Shown here: piece by piece, positions 63,440 through 64,000 of the stretch
Layout of the letters: each line of letters opens with the position of its first letter
How positions within the stretch are numbered: the stretch's first letter is position 1
NCBI GenBank assembly: GCA_051294905.1
Contig: CM119371.1
Location: forward strand, 31,188,001 to 31,252,000
DNA: 64,000 bases
DNA from: Botryllus schlosseri
Taxonomy: Eukaryota
Reading direction: 5' to 3'
Made by a program: the position numbers and the translations under genes
Notes under the pieces: model-generated
What the model saw: only the letters and a program-made list of their open reading frames with translations
The model's database searches: none
What the model was told of the DNA's origin: nothing

Positions 63440-64000
63440 TTTTTTCTAATTTTATAGTGCGCATGAATAGATAATTGACTATGAAGAACCCTCATGTCGT
63501 TCTCAGCCATTCTATCAATATTAACATGACCTGGTGCGAAATATTTGTTTGTCAAAAAAGCAGTTTGTCTAGCCTAAAAATTGAACTTTTGAACAACGGA
63601 AGTACATATTCCCCTGTATCACTTGGTCATCCTACGAACATTAAAGAGGAGTATAAAGCTATAAAATTTGTCCCTAAAAAAGCTTGAATACAATACTCAT
63701 ATGAGTTTCATTTCTTTTGACCTGTAAATAGATAATTTTCCGTTGAATCAACAAAGTGGGTATACCCCTAGTGTCCCTATCAAACGAGAAGCTTAAATCT
63801 GGTGTCTTTGATAGATTTACGATTCAAATACTGATGAAAGAGTCCAATTTCATATTAGGAAGGAGTTAACTGCATGGCATTCATCCTAAGATGTCGTAAA
63901 TAAAACTTTTCAGAGGATCACTGATCACAAAACACTCAACTACAAACAGTTGGTCCGAAAATTCGTATCTGCATATGGAAAAATCGGAACGATCATAGAA
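63440..64000 (+). pseudogene. Second decayed Chapaev3-like transposase remnant
   Basis: SSLSSLKIELLNNGSTYSPVSLGHPTNIKEEYKAIKFV, LNQQSGYT, EKLKSGVFD and NYKQLVRKFVSAYG. Nucleotide similarity to 41010-41095 (ctcaactacaaacagttg, tctgcatatgg). Confidence 0.6.

Overview
Animal (intron-containing, AT-rich) genomic DNA; the receptor type suggests a marine invertebrate, possibly an ascidian (inference). The window holds a head-to-tail tandem array of three minus-strand rhodopsin-class GPCR genes of the LGR/RXFP/GRL101 type. Their ectodomain is built from LDL-receptor class A (LDLa)-like repeats and has no leucine-rich repeats. Gene B (54506->23855) could be reconstructed completely by hand: 27 exons, all GT-AG, phases consistent, 1183 aa. 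Gene A (19415->2862) is the 5' part of a paralog and gene C (62951->61432) is the 3' part of another. The N-terminal half is a repeated two-exon, 8-cysteine 'extended LDLa' module. Its copy number differs between paralogs and it carries a length-variable loop. Introns and intergenic DNA are packed with transposons: the 3' end of an intact-ORF Gypsy LTR element nested in a hAT remnant, more than 20 non-autonomous TIR elements (many with 8-bp target-site duplications, several nested), a 1.65-kb foldback inside a Chapaev3-like remnant, and two tRNA-derived SINEs. All exon coordinates were read manually; no database searches were run.
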